The notes under the pieces were generated by a model that did no database searches, was not told where the DNA came from, and saw only the letters and a list, made by a program, of their open reading frames with translations. Shown one piece after another: positions 1 through 13,623 of a stretch of 64,000 nt of DNA. Numbering within the stretch: the first letter of the stretch is position 1; the number at the start of each line of letters is the position of its first letter. A program made the position numbers and the translations under genes. Source of the stretch: Auanema rhodensis (lineage: Eukaryota > Animalia > Nematoda); NCBI GenBank assembly GCA_964057225.1, contig OZ059894.1:17360001-17424000 (forward strand), written 5' to 3'.

Positions 1-833
1 TTTTCTCATAGGGAAATTCGGTAACATTGGTCGAAATTAATATAGATAAGGCCATATTTCCTGTAATATAGTTTTTTAATAGTAATATCGAAAAGCGACA
101 TCGAACAATATGTGACAGTTATAACACTGCAGATAAAAGGGGAATACAATCTTCAAAATAAATATATTCTACATCAACTGAAAAAAAGATAGGTTATAAA
201 TATCAAATAAATGTTATCAGGAATTTTCACTAAAAAATCTTACAAACATCTATAATATAGAAATAAGAAAAAGTTTCACTTTAGAATTCTTATTATCCTA
301 TGTTTCATACGCAATTGCGGACATGTCGAACTGACAGGAGAACATGAATTAAAACAGATTAAAAACAAAAACAAAACTAAGTATTAGATATATAAAACTG
401 AGTTGATTGTCTTTTAAATTTTGGCACTCAATACGAAGTTATTTCATTCGATGTCAATGAGAAGAGAAACACAAATCATAAAAAAAACTTTGCAATGCAA
501 TTCATGTTTTACCGATGAGATCATTTGAGTTCAAGAAAGCAACAGTTGTTATCCATGCATTGAATACAGAATGGTTTTTCGGGACCATGATCGATATAGT
601 GTCCATGGTGACCATGTGAGGAAAAGCAAACCAATTAAGGACATCTGCTCCCGACATACATTAGGAAATAGAACACCCTATTGATCTTGCATGTTTTAAA
701 TCAATTGTATTATTTTACGTTCAAAAATTAAATGGTAATTTATTAATAAATTTATTGAGTATATGACAATTATTTTAGATATTTTATAAAATTTATATTA
801 TTATGTTCTCAATTGGAATGATAAAAATTGAGA

Positions 834-3800
834 TTAAAGTCTGTATGGAATGCGACCATCTCCTCCTTTTCCACCCATATAAGCTAAAAAATGTATGAAT
901 AAGAAACTTAATTAAGAAACAGTGTTCTTACTTGGGGTATTTGGACAAGCATTTGCTGGAACGCATTTTCCTTGGTTGTTACGGAAGAAACCAGAGTTGC
1001 ATACACAAGCTGGTGGATTGCAAATTTCAATGCATGCAACTGGTCCCTTAAAACCATATATGATCTATGAATATTAATTTTGTATACTAACCTTTCCAAT
1101 GTGTTCACACTTGGCTTCACAAAGGTTACCACAATTGTTGACACTTTCATTTTCTGGGCAAGAAAGGTTAGTATATTTGTTTACATTTGGATCTGGAAGA
1201 ATCATTTCATCACCGTAGCCATCTGAAATCGGATGATTAGAGAAGTATAAACTATGGTTTTCTACTTTGTTTGACACATTGATCAGCTGGAACACATGCT
1301 CCAGAGTTGTTACGGTAAAGTCCTTCCTTACAAGCACAGGCTGGAGGTCTGCAATCCTTTGTACATGCAACCATCTAAAAAATTAAATCATCATTAAGTT
1401 TTTAGAAATTTTAGATTACTTTATCTATGTAGTTGCAGTTTCCTTCACAATGATTACCGCATTTGTTAAGTACTTCATTGGCATCACAAACTGAAAAACG
1501 TGAATAAAATGGCCTGTAATGTTTTTAAATACCTGGAGTCTTGGGAGGGCATTGATCAGCAGGAACACATTCTCCATTATTATTACGGTAAAAGCCTTGA
1601 TCACATCCACATGCTGCAGGTCGGCAGTCCAAAGTGCAAGCCCGTAGTTCACCTACGAATTCACAGGAGTTTTCGCAATGATTTCCGCAATGAAGTAAAA
1701 CTTCATTAGGTCTGGAGCAAGCTGTAATAATTGAGTTTATAAATTCTTTCAATAGAATAACATTGATTTCTAATTACCTGGAGTTCTAGGTGGACAAATA
1801 TCAGCAGTAACACAATCTCCATTAGCATTACGATAATATCCTTCTTTGCAGGCGCAAGCAGGAGGACGACAAACAGCAGGGCAAACGCGGAGCTAAAACT
1901 CGATAATATGTTAACATAAGATTTCAGAAATAATTGCATTAAATATCTTACTTCTCCGGCGTATTCACAGGTTCCTTCACATAGGTTTCCGCACTGATTG
2001 TACTCTTCGTTTGGTTTAGTACATACTGAAAAAAAAAGTTATTTCACGAATTAACGTCTCAGAGCCAGACTCTGGATATCACAATCACCGTCATCTCCAG
2101 AATTATATGATGGAAGGCACTTAGGTCCAGATGGGGATTCAACGCACTCTTGACCGGATGGGCAGTCAACGGTGGCACATGATGGATCAGCTAAAAGTTT
2201 GTTGTAAATTAAACATAAAGTAATAAAGTAAATTCTTACGTCTACGTGGTCCACATTCTGGTCCGGATGGAGTATCAGTACATATCCCAGCACATCTAAT
2301 ATTAGCGCAGGTGATAGATGGTTTAGGTACTCCTAAAAATTGTTTTGTTAAAAAACTCTATCCAAGCTGTTCAAACCATTTTTTGGACGGCATTCTGGTA
2401 CTGGTGAACAAGGCATAGTGTAACAATGAACTTGAACTAAAACACATTCCTCGTGAGCTTCACAATTGCAGTCTGAAATAAAGAATTATATTGAGATTTA
2501 TATTTATTTATAAAAATTCTTTTCTATGTTATTTTTACTAACTAAGATTTAGAGTATTGATATTTGTGTTTGTTCCACTGTTTGGGATACAGAGAGGACC
2601 AATAACTGTATCTTGGCATCGGTTTCCAGTTGCACAATTAGTAGTGGCACAAGTTAAAGTTGGTTTTGGAACTGAAACAGTTCACATTACTATGCATATT
2701 GTATAGTTAAAATAATATATAAAATATAATATTATTAAACTAACGAGTAGGAATGTTGCCAGAGTTTGTTCCTGGAACACACATAGCTCCAGTAGGAGTG
2801 TCGATACATCTGTGTCCAGAGCGACAATCGACTAGTTCACACTTAGTTCCTGATTTACAAGAATGAATAAATTGAAAATTGAAATATATTACCTTGGGAA
2901 ATAGAGGTATTATCGGTGCTACTTCCAGGAACACACATAGCTCCAGTAGGAGTGTCGATACATCTGTGTCCAGAGCGACAATCGACTAATTCACACTTAG
3001 TTCCTGATTTACAAGAATGAATAAATTGAAAATTGAAATATATTACCTTGGGAAATAGGGGTATTATCGGTGCTACTTCCAGGAACACACATAGCTCCAG
3101 TTGGAGTGTCAATGCATTTGTGTCCAGAGCGGCAATCAACTAGCTCGCATTTGGCTCCTAATATGGAATTTTAAGTATCCATGATATAAAAAAACAATTA
3201 CCTTGTGGCTTTGGTGATTCAGCCTTGTGTCCAAATCCGTTACGACGACCGTCTTCAACATTGTCTAAACATTATAATTTAAGATATAGGAGAACATAAC
3301 AGGCATTTAGAACTGAAATACAACAATAACACAGTGCGCAGAAGACGAACCAGTGTAAATGAATGCAGGGATACATTTAGCTCCTTCTTTAGTTTGTCTA
3401 CACAATGAATCACTGGGGCATGTTATACCGGCACATTGGCCAACTGAATCGGGAAAACATATCAGTAAAGTTAATTTTCTAATTATAAAGCTGGGTTTTG
3501 CTATATATGTGTTCGAAACCACAAGGCTTTATAACCTAGAACGAACCTAAACACAAGGGACCTCTAGGAGAATCTTTACACTTAAAGGAATCGGGACAAA
3601 CAATATGAGCACAAGTGTAAGCTAGAAAACAGAAAGAACCAAACATGAAACGCAAACTTTAGAATAATTCTATAAAAACTTACGTGGTTGGAAATCAGAA
3701 AGAACTGTAAATAGAAAAATCCAAGATTCAGCTGTGGTATTTTGAATAGCAAACCTTGTTCAAATGGATTATAGTGTGGAACACATTCAGCACGATCCAT

Positions 3801-6800
3801 GTAATCATAACAATTTCCTTTGCAAATTGACTTCAAGAAGCTGGCACAGAGTGCTAGAGGTTTCACGGCGATGCTATTTTTTGGACATTTTGATCGTGCA
3901 ACACATTTTCCAGTTTGATCACGAGCAAAACCTGCCTTACATTGGCACTTAGGTGGTCCGCATACCGCTGGGCAAACCTTCAAATATACAATAAAAATTT
4001 TTTTTTTACTGCTAATGCTTACCATCATATCGTTAAAACATGAATCATTACATGAAGAGCATTCACTCCATTCCTCATTAAGTTTACATTCTAGAAAACA
4101 AAGTAAATATTTTTAAACAAAAATTCAAAGCTTACGGGCAAGAGGGACACATTGTGCTTGAGGGTTACATGGAAGGGTAAAACAGTTGACTTGGACGGCA
4201 ACGCATTTTTGAGCACTTGTACAATCGCATCCAGCTGAAAATACGATATTTAAGGTATTTCAAAAGTAAGAACGATTATAAATACATAGTTTCGGTAAAA
4301 TAGCTGGTCTTATATTATCAGCTAAGAGAACAGGAGCTGAAAATATAAAATATAAAGTATTATTATTTTGCCTAAATATACATCTGATTGGTCCGATTGT
4401 ATAGAGGTTGGGCTCACAACGTGGTCCTGAGCTTGTTTCAACACAAGTTGTTGTAGCGGTACATTTTACGTGCAAGCATCCCTCTGAAAATAATATTCTT
4501 TATGTCATAGCTATCAGAGACAGAAAGTTGAAATGCAATTATCATCAACCAGTTCTGTTTAAAAATGCAACAAAGATGAGTATGAAAGAAGGTCACGTTG
4601 ACGTCATACGTTAAGTGTTATTTTTGTACCCAAAGATTGAACCGGTTGAACTATGACGAATTATTTTTCATTAGGAAAGAAAGATTAAACTATTTGATCA
4701 AACGTACTAAGAATACGAATAGGTGTAGCAGTGACACGAAGGTTATCATCAAGAAGAACAGGCCCGATAGTGTACTGAGATTGCTCGCAAATCGGTCCGT
4801 TCTTTGTCTCAACGCAGACAGCTCCTGCGGAACATTTAACCGTATGGCATCCAGCTGATGAAAAATAGAAAATTTATTCAAATTAAGAGTAAATGTCTTA
4901 CTTTGTCCAAGAGTAGCTCTGATGGGAGAAATTGTGGCATCGATTGGTGCAAATGTTCCTCTGATAGGTTTGACTGTTTCCCTGATAGGTTGGATTGTTT
5001 CTCTGACTGGTGATATCTGCTTGATTGGTATTATCTGCTTGGTTGGTACGTCACTTTGGAGAGAGCGTCCATACAAGCATTCAGCACGATCTCCATATTC
5101 CACACAAGTTGTAGCAATAGGACATTGAAGATGTTCACAATTATTAAGATGGTTTGGAACTCCTGGAGCTGGACGAACAGAACAAGCTTTGGACTATAGA
5201 AAACTGATATGAGTTGCATGATAGGTATGAAATCTTACGGGTACACAGATTCCGGAATGATCACGTACGAATCCGTTTCTGCATACACATTTTGCTGGTT
5301 TACATTCCAAAGTACAAATCTATAAATGTTTGCTTTTGTTTCAAATCAGATCTATTAATTATAATTATATGTTAACTTATTAGAAGAACTTTCATAAATT
5401 TAGGAATGTTGTTGTATGTATGAAAAATATAAGTGTTCTTGATAATTAAACTTACTGGGGAAGGATTAGAACAAGTTGGTTCACAAGTAGAACAGTCTGC
5501 ATAAACTTCATTAGCAGAACACTCTGAAAGTAATCGTTTTGCAATCTGTTTATAAGGTTAGAAGGTCGATGTTGAATCGGTGAAAGAAAACTTTTTAAAA
5601 ATTAGTAAAACATCTCTGACCTCTGATCTTTTTGCATTCAAGAACTGGAAGACATGGTGCTTTAGCACAAACAACGGCTCTGGCTACACACTTTTCTCCT
5701 GCGACACAGTTGCATTTAACTAAAAACAGAGTTTTATGGTTTTTTTATAAAATTTTATCTTAATTAAATTAAAAATATGATGTAGTACAGTACTTGGATT
5801 AACAGTTTTAACTTCTCCGTTCTTGACACAAGTAGCTCTTCCTCCGAAAGATTGGCAAGTTTCTCCAGATTTGCAAGAGGCTGAGGTGCAAGGGTCAATG
5901 GCTGGAATTGTTATCATTCAGGAATGATTAAGAAAAACGACAATATACCAATTCCATCAACACACACAGCATCTTCTCTTCCGTTTCCAGCACGACAGAC
6001 TTGATTGTTTCTACAGAGTAATGTAGTACAAGACAAAGGTGGACGACAATGAGCATTAATTCCTTCTCCTTCGATGCAGCTTCAAGTAATCATTTTATAA
6101 GTTTTCCTGTTTCAAGTTTAATATTTCTTAAAACTTACATTTGATTATTTGGACAACGAACGGTCTCACAAGATCTAGCAACTACGCAACGAGCGTTATC
6201 CGCGACAATTTCGCATCTGAAATCACCAAGGAAAGTATTACAAACTTTTTACTTTGATTAGTTTAGTAAAATGGATTAGATCAAGGTTATTTTGGAATCA
6301 ATTTGGAAAACTGTATCATTGATGTTATTGAACTGAAATTTTGCAGAAAATCCGTTGTTAATTAGTAAGAAATAATTTGCCGTGTAGATATATATGTAGT
6401 ATACTAATTGTGGGTTTATACACTTTTCTATAATTAGAGTAAAGGATTCCCACCTTTGTCCAGATGGGCAGTTAAGTTCTTCACAAGTTCTATGAAGAAT
6501 ACATCGAGCAAGCCCAGCTTGAACTACGCACTTGTACCCAGCATAGCATTGCTTAGTTTCACAACTTGTTTCATCATCACGCAAAGCTGAAAATACGATA
6601 ATTGTATATATTAAAAAAACATCAAAATCAATATTAATTGGAATTGGAGTTCATAATTATTACCAGCAACACAAGTTGGTCTATCAGCACATGGTGGGTT
6701 GTAACATTCAGATTCTGGAGTAGGTCTGAAGACACAACGCTGTCCAGCGGAGCACTTAGCGGTACAATTTTCCTCATTTCCTAATGAATATTTCAAACAG

Positions 6801-7868
6801 TGGCTTAAAGGAATAAACTTACCATTTCCGTAAGAAATCTCACATTTAGCATCTTTATCAGGGAAGTCGACGCATACAGTTCCCACTGCACAACTAGTTG
6901 AAGCACATGTGATTACTGGCTCGCAAGTAGCAGTCTACAATTGCATAATAGTTGAAGTTTATAAGTAACTAAAGTTACATTCGTATTATAAGATTCTACA
7001 CATTTAAATCCAGCACTGCAGTTAGCGGCAGCACAAGGATCAACACACTCTGGTCCTTTAGGAGTTTCACGACACCTAAGTCCTGTATTGCACAAAGTAT
7101 TAGCGCAGCTTATTCCTAAAGTCAAAATTTTCAAAAATAATTTTAAACGTTTTTGGAATTTTTCATTAACTAATAATTTTTCTGTGTACCACTAACCTGG
7201 AGCACAAGTGGCGTCATCGTTGGCATTGTCTTGGCACATGTACCCAGTGGGGCATGATGTAGTAGCACATGTGTGATATGGTCGACATGGCTTGTCCTAA
7301 GTTTAGTTTATTTACAGTTGAAAATATATTGTCTTACAGATCCCAAAGAAGCATCACAAATTTCCCCTACTGCACAAGTCACTGCACTGCAAACGTCATA
7401 GGATACACATTTTGGACCATTTGAAGTGTCAACGCATTTATCGCCAGGAATACACAAGATATCTCCACACGAAACAAGTGGGACTTAAAATAAAATAAAA
7501 ATCTAAACTCGAATATCAGTTATCAATATACCGTCAGGAACGCATACTCCTTTTTCTCCACATGGTGGATTGTAACACTCAGAATCAGGAACAGGTCTAG
7601 ACCTACATCTGTGACCGGCAGGGCAGATCCGATCACAAAACGCTTCTGGAAACAATTCAATATTTGATAGTGAATGAAAAAAATGAGCAATAAATTTATT
7701 AATGAAATTTATAGAAAATATTATAATGTACTAACCTGGTGTATGAGCTTCAGCTAGCAGTACCAGCACTGCTGTAGTGAAAACCTAGAAAAAAAAATAT
7801 TTTTGATTAATAAATTCCACAGGGTAATGATATTGCCCAGAGTGGATACAATGACTAACAAGCAGCAT
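834..7868 (-). CDS. Large secreted cysteine-rich protein with multiple TIL (trypsin-inhibitor-like) domains and short follistatin-N-like repeats; many exons
   Basis: Spliced start MLL|VFTTAVLVLLAEAHTP (signal peptide). TIL domains such as CPENESVNNCGNLCEAKC, CSRPNEVLLHCGNHCENSC...CRPAACGCDQGFYRNNNGECVPADQC. Many 4-Cys repeats (CATVDCPSGQECVESPSGPKC). Ends ...GGDGRIPYRL* at 834. Not every junction was phase-checked, so two genes cannot be fully excluded. Confidence 0.8.
2774..3155. repeat. Tandem 154-bp exon+intron duplication (about 2.5 units)
   Basis: GGAACACACATAGCTCC recurs at 2774, 2928 and 3082. Unit = 111-nt exon plus an identical 43-nt intron. Confidence 0.9.
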
Positions 7869-7962
7869 ATTTGAGCTGATTAGCAGACGGATAGATGATC
7901 AAACCCCGAAGCGAGTCTCCCAGCCAAATCTGAACAAATGCTCTGAAAACGAAGCAGTTGGG

Positions 7963-7971
7963 TCTTTATAT
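7963..7971 (-). promoter_or_regulatory. TATA box of the TIL gene
   Basis: TATATAAAG on the minus strand about 95 nt upstream of the ATG at 7868. Confidence 0.6.
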
Positions 7972-9014
7972 AGACATTTCCAATCACGTTATAAATGACG
8001 AGGTCATTTGCCTAGTTTTGTAAAAAGAATCATAAAAATACTATTTCCTATGTTCTTATAAGGTTTTTAGAAGTTAGTGTGGTTGACGAAGCGTAAATTA
8101 GAAATGGTAAAACATCGTAATTTTTCTAGTAATAATCACAATTAACTACTACTCATATGTACATGTTCAAATAGTATATACACTTGTATATATTTTAAAA
8201 TACACAAACTTAATTCATTCGATTTTCAGTTAAAATCTTAATTATAATCTGATATATAGATGAATTAATGTAAATTGAAATATAAACTTAAATAATATCA
8301 GAAAAGTGGAAGTTAGAACTGGGTTATATATGTTATTGAGTCATATGCCTGTTTCAACAATAAATAGGCCTATTTAAATGGAAAAAAATTGAACTGTTGT
8401 ACTCACTAAGCGAATGAAAATGATGACTAAGCGCAACCAAAAAAAAATATAAAAAGTTCAATGTAGTCAATATTTATTCTTTCAGCGATATCAATTGTTA
8501 TTATCTACTAATTTTTATTTAATTGGACGAGGATAACAGATAAATGATCAAAACAATTGTTCATTCATCAAATAAGCTATAAAAAATGATACAGCATTGA
8601 TGAAACCACGAGTTGTGTTTAAGCTAAGACTTTTTCAAAAAATTATATGTTCGTTGATTCCTTTGAAAAACAAAGTTACACGTCATTGAAATTCAATAGG
8701 ATTCAGCTTTGATATATTGTAAAGATTAAGATATATCAGAAAGGATTTCGAAAATTTTACACCAGCTTTAACATATCTATGCTTGATATGTATATATAAA
8801 ATAGAAATTCTTATAATAGATTTTTTGAAATCTTATTAATATTAATATTTACAGAAATCGGGTATAATGAAATTATCCGAGAATTAGAAAGGTTTTCATT
8901 GAACTCGTAAGTATAACTTTGACTTATATAACATAGTTTAACGCTCAACATGTTCAAAATTATATCCTAACATAATTTAGAAAAGTTGGAAATAGATATA
9001 ATCATGAAAACGTT

Positions 9015-9580
9015 TTAAGCATATGTTATAATTAAAACAATTGTTAAAACGACAGCAGTCAGACAGAGAAAGCTGAGCACGGCGAAAACCATTGACAATC
9101 GTTGATGGCGGCTTAAAATACTCTTTCTGAAAATGTTTGAACAACGTCATTTGTAAACATATACAATGTTTTACCGAAACTGGGAATCTTTTTTTTTCTT
9201 TTGTATTTTTGTTTTAGATGATTTAATTTGTTTTTTTTTCTTTAAACCTGTTGGCATTGTTACGGATAGTTCACTCGTACCTAATGCAGACGCAGGCGAA
9301 TCAATCTTTTTTTCTTCTGAAAATATGTTTTCTTGCACTACTTTGACACAAACAACGTTCGAATTTGTTCAATAAAAAAAGTTCAAATAGTGATCATATA
9401 CCAGATCGAATTGCTGATTGGATAGCTGATGGAGCGTGCGACTGTAATGAGTTCTTTTCTTCTTGCTCATCTTGAGTTTCTGAATATGGCTAAACAATGC
9501 CGAATAAAATCCAATTTCTTGAAGATTGAGTTAAGAAATAATGAAGTTGCGTACTTTATCATCCATTTCGACCGTTTGGT
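9015..9580 (-). CDS. Putative small tail-anchored membrane protein
   Basis: Terminal exon after TTTTCAG reads KSILSRHQRLSMVFAVLSFLCLTAVVLTIVLIITYA*. Further acceptor/donor-bounded exons at about 9248-9316, 9401-9479 and 9555-9580, but their phases could not be joined cleanly. Confidence 0.35.
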
Positions 9581-10070
9581 CCTGAATTGGTTTTAAAAAT
9601 TAAATGAGCCACGTAGTCATACACGTGAAGTTAAATGCTCTTTCGTTTACATAGTTAAGTATGATGAGTATTATTGACTAACGCTATTGAAAAACCTGCT
9701 AAAATACTGGTTTCGAACCCTTTTTTTGAAAATTTGGTTTTTTAACAGTTTCTGAGAGTTTCTCTCTCAACCATTTTTATGCTTGAAAAGCAAAAAAAAT
9801 TTATTTCACTTCCTTCTTTATTTATTTGTTCATATTTTGAATTTTATGAAATGCAACCTATCCTCTTTAGGGAAAAAGTAGAAATGATGATAAAACGTTT
9901 AATCATATTTTCACATTAAGTTTTGCCAAGTTTCCCAAGCTTTTGCTTTGAGATTTTACGATACGCTTCAACAAAAAAGATGCTGTTGATTCACCAATTT
10001 ATTTGAAACGACAAAAAGAAACAATAAATATTATATAAATATATACAAATAAATCAAGATAAATACAATT

Positions 10071-11042
10071 TTAAGCAATTTGCCATATTCCACTATATTT
10101 TACAACACAAGTGTTATAACCACATAATGTTGGACAACATCTAAATAACAAAATATTTATTTTAGTTCCTTTATGTAAATCAAACAAACTAACTTTCGAG
10201 GGTGTAATGTACTTTGTGGGCATTCTTTATCCGAATGACACCATGATGTAGTTCTAACAGCTAAGCATTTAACATTTAAGGTATAAGGATCGGGACAAAC
10301 TTCTACTTCATTTGCCCTAGATGAAAAGACTAAAATGATTTGTTTAAAATCAATAAAACTTCAGAAAGAAAAACCCATTCTGTTCAGATAGCTAGTTGGT
10401 TGAGATACTCCTACATGAATGCACATATTATAGTTGCATCCAGTAGGACAGCACATTGAAGCCATTGTAGACGATCCTCTACATTCCAAATCCGAATTAC
10501 ACCTTTAATATAGCGATTTTTTGAACTTTAATATCATTAAGTAGTATACCAGTTAACACCTCTAGTTTTTCTACAGTTAATGTTTAGACTAGTAACAGAT
10601 GGGCAACTAAATATGATTAAATTCTGTAATACATTGATTTTCTCAAAATATTTTACCGTGCTCTGGAAGGATCGGTGCAGCAGCTGCCAGGTGTAATACC
10701 ATTTGAGCAAATCATGCCTGATTCACATCTACTAGATGACATACAAGAGTGAAAATAGTGGCGGCACATAGGTAGAGCATCAAAACCTATAATAGAAAAA
10801 AACATTTTGAATTTGCGTTTCTCAAGATGAAGAAAATAGTTACGTGGGACAATTGGAGCTGATCTAGATATAATCTGAGGAGCAGGGGTGTGTCCACATT
10901 CAGGTTTTATAACTCCTAAAATATTTTTTTTTTTTGATTTTGGGATAAAAAAGCAAATGATACCTATTTTTTGATAATAATCACATAATGACAATGATCT
11001 GGAGGATACAACTAAAACTGCGCCAACAATGAGAAACAGCAT
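10071..11042 (-). CDS. Secreted WAP (four-disulfide core) domain protein, paralog 1
   Basis: Signal peptide MLFLIVGAVLVVSSRS. Two 8-Cys WAP-type units: CPSVTSLNINCRKTRGVNWCNSDLEC...CCPTGCNYNMC and CPDPYTLNVKC...WCHSDKEC...CCPTLCGYNTC. Confidence 0.8.
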
Positions 11043-13085
11043 TATTCTATGACAAGCAATTTGAATGACTATGTTCTCATGCAGGAAGAAAAGAAAAAAA
11101 ATGAAATGAAACGAAATTCTCGAAGAAGATAGAACCTCAAGAAACGCTATTGGATAATACATATGCCATGAAGGTGAAGCTTGTCTGACCATTAGAATTT
11201 CATAAAGTTTTTGTCAATATTGACAAATGAAATGAACGGAAAAAACTGGCTATTTGAGGCAATTCTTTTTATTTTCAATAGAAAACGGTTAGAAGATAGT
11301 TTATGAGTTTAATAGACAACGATGATATAAGATGAGCAATATTCATGATAAATTTTAATACATAAAATATCAAGAAATGTTAAATCTTCTGGGACTGGAA
11401 AAGCTTGACTCAGTTTACATTTTTCAGCGATCTTGGCAATAGAAACTTGTCTAACCTGTTTAGAAAATTACTAGATTTGAAAAATTTCACAAATCTTGTC
11501 TTACGAATTACATTTGAAATGTTTATTCGTAGAAAAACTTGTCAAAATATAAACGAGAGTAAGTATTTGAAAAGAAGATCTTTATTTTCTTTTGCTTTAA
11601 ACATTTTTCAAACGTATGAGATTGATTTTGAATTTTCTCTAAATTGGCATAAAAAATATTCTATTTACGGTAAAACATATTTATATAAGCTGAAAAACTT
11701 CAATGAAAGCAAAATTAGAAGAGACAAAGTCATGACACCCTCGAACGAGCTTGAACCAAAAACAAATATATCAAACGATGAGGTCAAGAAACGATAAATT
11801 CAATGAAAGAGAAACAGTTCGGAGAGAGATAGACTAGACCTCCGGCTGACAATCAGTTCCGCAGCTAATTTGATAGTAAGAAGCCGAAGAATGAGCCAGC
11901 CAATTAACCGGAAAGGCGGGGAGAAATTCTGGAGGTGAGAACAAGAATAAGCAAAATAAATAAGATTAACAGATAAATCGAGTGGTTTGAAACCTCCTGC
12001 AACCGGAAAAGTGCAATCGAGCCGTAACCAAGATGATGATGACCGGAAGAGACACAAAAAGCTAAATTGAATGCATAAATTATATATAATTTTGATATTT
12101 GCGAAAAGTGGGAAAGATCTGTAGTAAAATGATCAATCTTTTCCAAAAATTTGTTCTACTTTGAATCTTCTATCATAAAATTGTTTCGTTTGGAAGCAAT
12201 TGGAAGATTTTGAAATGTTAGATAAACTGTCCTCCTGAAGGCATCAGGGTTTCTTTTGTAGTAGATGATCGGCAACCGGATGGAGGCTTACTATTCATGC
12301 GGATGTTTACTTTACCAAATGAAAAGACAGTGTAGTCTGTCTTGTTTCTACGAATTTCACGTGTTAAATATTCAGTATTTCCTTTTTCTTGATTTAATTA
12401 ATATATATATATATCAAAGATGATACAAGTTTTTAATCATTTATATGACGGCTGTGATCATGATCTATTGAACTTCCACAACAAAGATCACAACCTAGTT
12501 TGGCACCTTCTTATTAAAAAATGTTTGTTTTTAATTTTATTCTGTTTAAAAACTGAAAATATCAATAGAGAAATCTTTCAAACGAATTTCAAAGAAAGAA
12601 TCGCAAAAAAGTGAATCACAGGGTTTCTTTGAAAATCTCATAATGTGTTTTGTCAGCAACGCAGTCACAAACCATGTCAAGAAGGGAACCTACTGAAACT
12701 CTATATTGAATAGTTTTATTATACAGTGCACAGATTCTTCCTGATTTATACGGTAAGAGAGTGATGTCATTATGAGGACACCGTGGCGAATTTGGGAGCG
12801 AAACTAGCATCGTCCTTGGCACGTTTCCCTTGTTTTTCTACAATCTTCTACATGAAAATAAAAAAATCGCTGAGCGATTGTTGTTGCTTATTTATTCATT
12901 GCTTTCCGTAGTGTATAAAAGGGACACATCAGGTTCCTTTGAAGTCAATTGTCCGGCTACACGTCTCTATAGAATTTCACTGTATGAAAATGTCCAGTTT
13001 GCCGTTTCCGGAAAAAAGAACTGGTGTATTCAATAGTAAATGGTTTCAATTTATGTTCGATGTTCACCGATGATGTTTGAACTTT

Positions 13086-13261
13086 TCATAATTTTATGAA
13101 AGGAATCTGAAAAATATATTTCTTCTTTTAAAAAAATTTGAGTCTTTCTAACGTATTCCCAAATTTCCGAATTCTGATGGGAGTGTGTTTTAACAAGCCA
13201 GATATATTTCAGCTTAAAAGCAGGGAAGTGCCAAGTGCTTGTATTTAGACGTTACCGCCAT
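13086..13261 (-). CDS. Possible 28-aa micropeptide (MALKYIWLVKTHSHQNSEIWEYIPFIKL) or spliced lncRNA
   Basis: TATATAG at about 13319-13325, then ATG GCG, a 43-nt intron, a 60-nt exon, a 46-nt intron ending TTTTTCAG, then 6 codons and TGA. Both introns are phase 0. Confidence 0.3.
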
Positions 13262-13623
13262 TCAATGGCGATGAAGACAACACGGATGAGAACAATTGAG
13301 AATGATGACGGTCGGACCTATATATTTTGAAGGTGGCTCGCAACGAGAGAGAAAAGAATTTATTTGATTAAACAATTTAATGAATAAGAAGACAAAATTC
13401 GTTAGATGACCGGTCCTTCCCGAACGAGAATTTAGACCTTAAATCAAAGAACTTCTAGCTGCTCAATAGATTCTAGATCCGAATTACAACTTGACTGGTT
13501 GTATAGGTGGTAGGAAAACATGAAGATTAAGAACAAAAGTATAACTATTCATCTTAGATCATCTTTATAAACAAAAAAATAATTCAAGCATACAAATTGT
13601 ATTGTAATAAATCAATGATAATT

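Noticed and set aside
510-645. Open stretch on - (MSLIGLLFLTWSPW...) ending at a GT donor
   Set aside because: Two frames are open, no family is recognisable and no downstream exon was confirmed.
11405-11797. 130-aa ORF on +
   Set aside because: TTG start, AT-rich F/K/N/L composition and no splice context; most likely spurious.
12446-12497. Hairpin with ATCACAGCC resembling the mir-2 seed
   Set aside because: Only the seed matches and the stem is irregular; small-RNA data would be needed.
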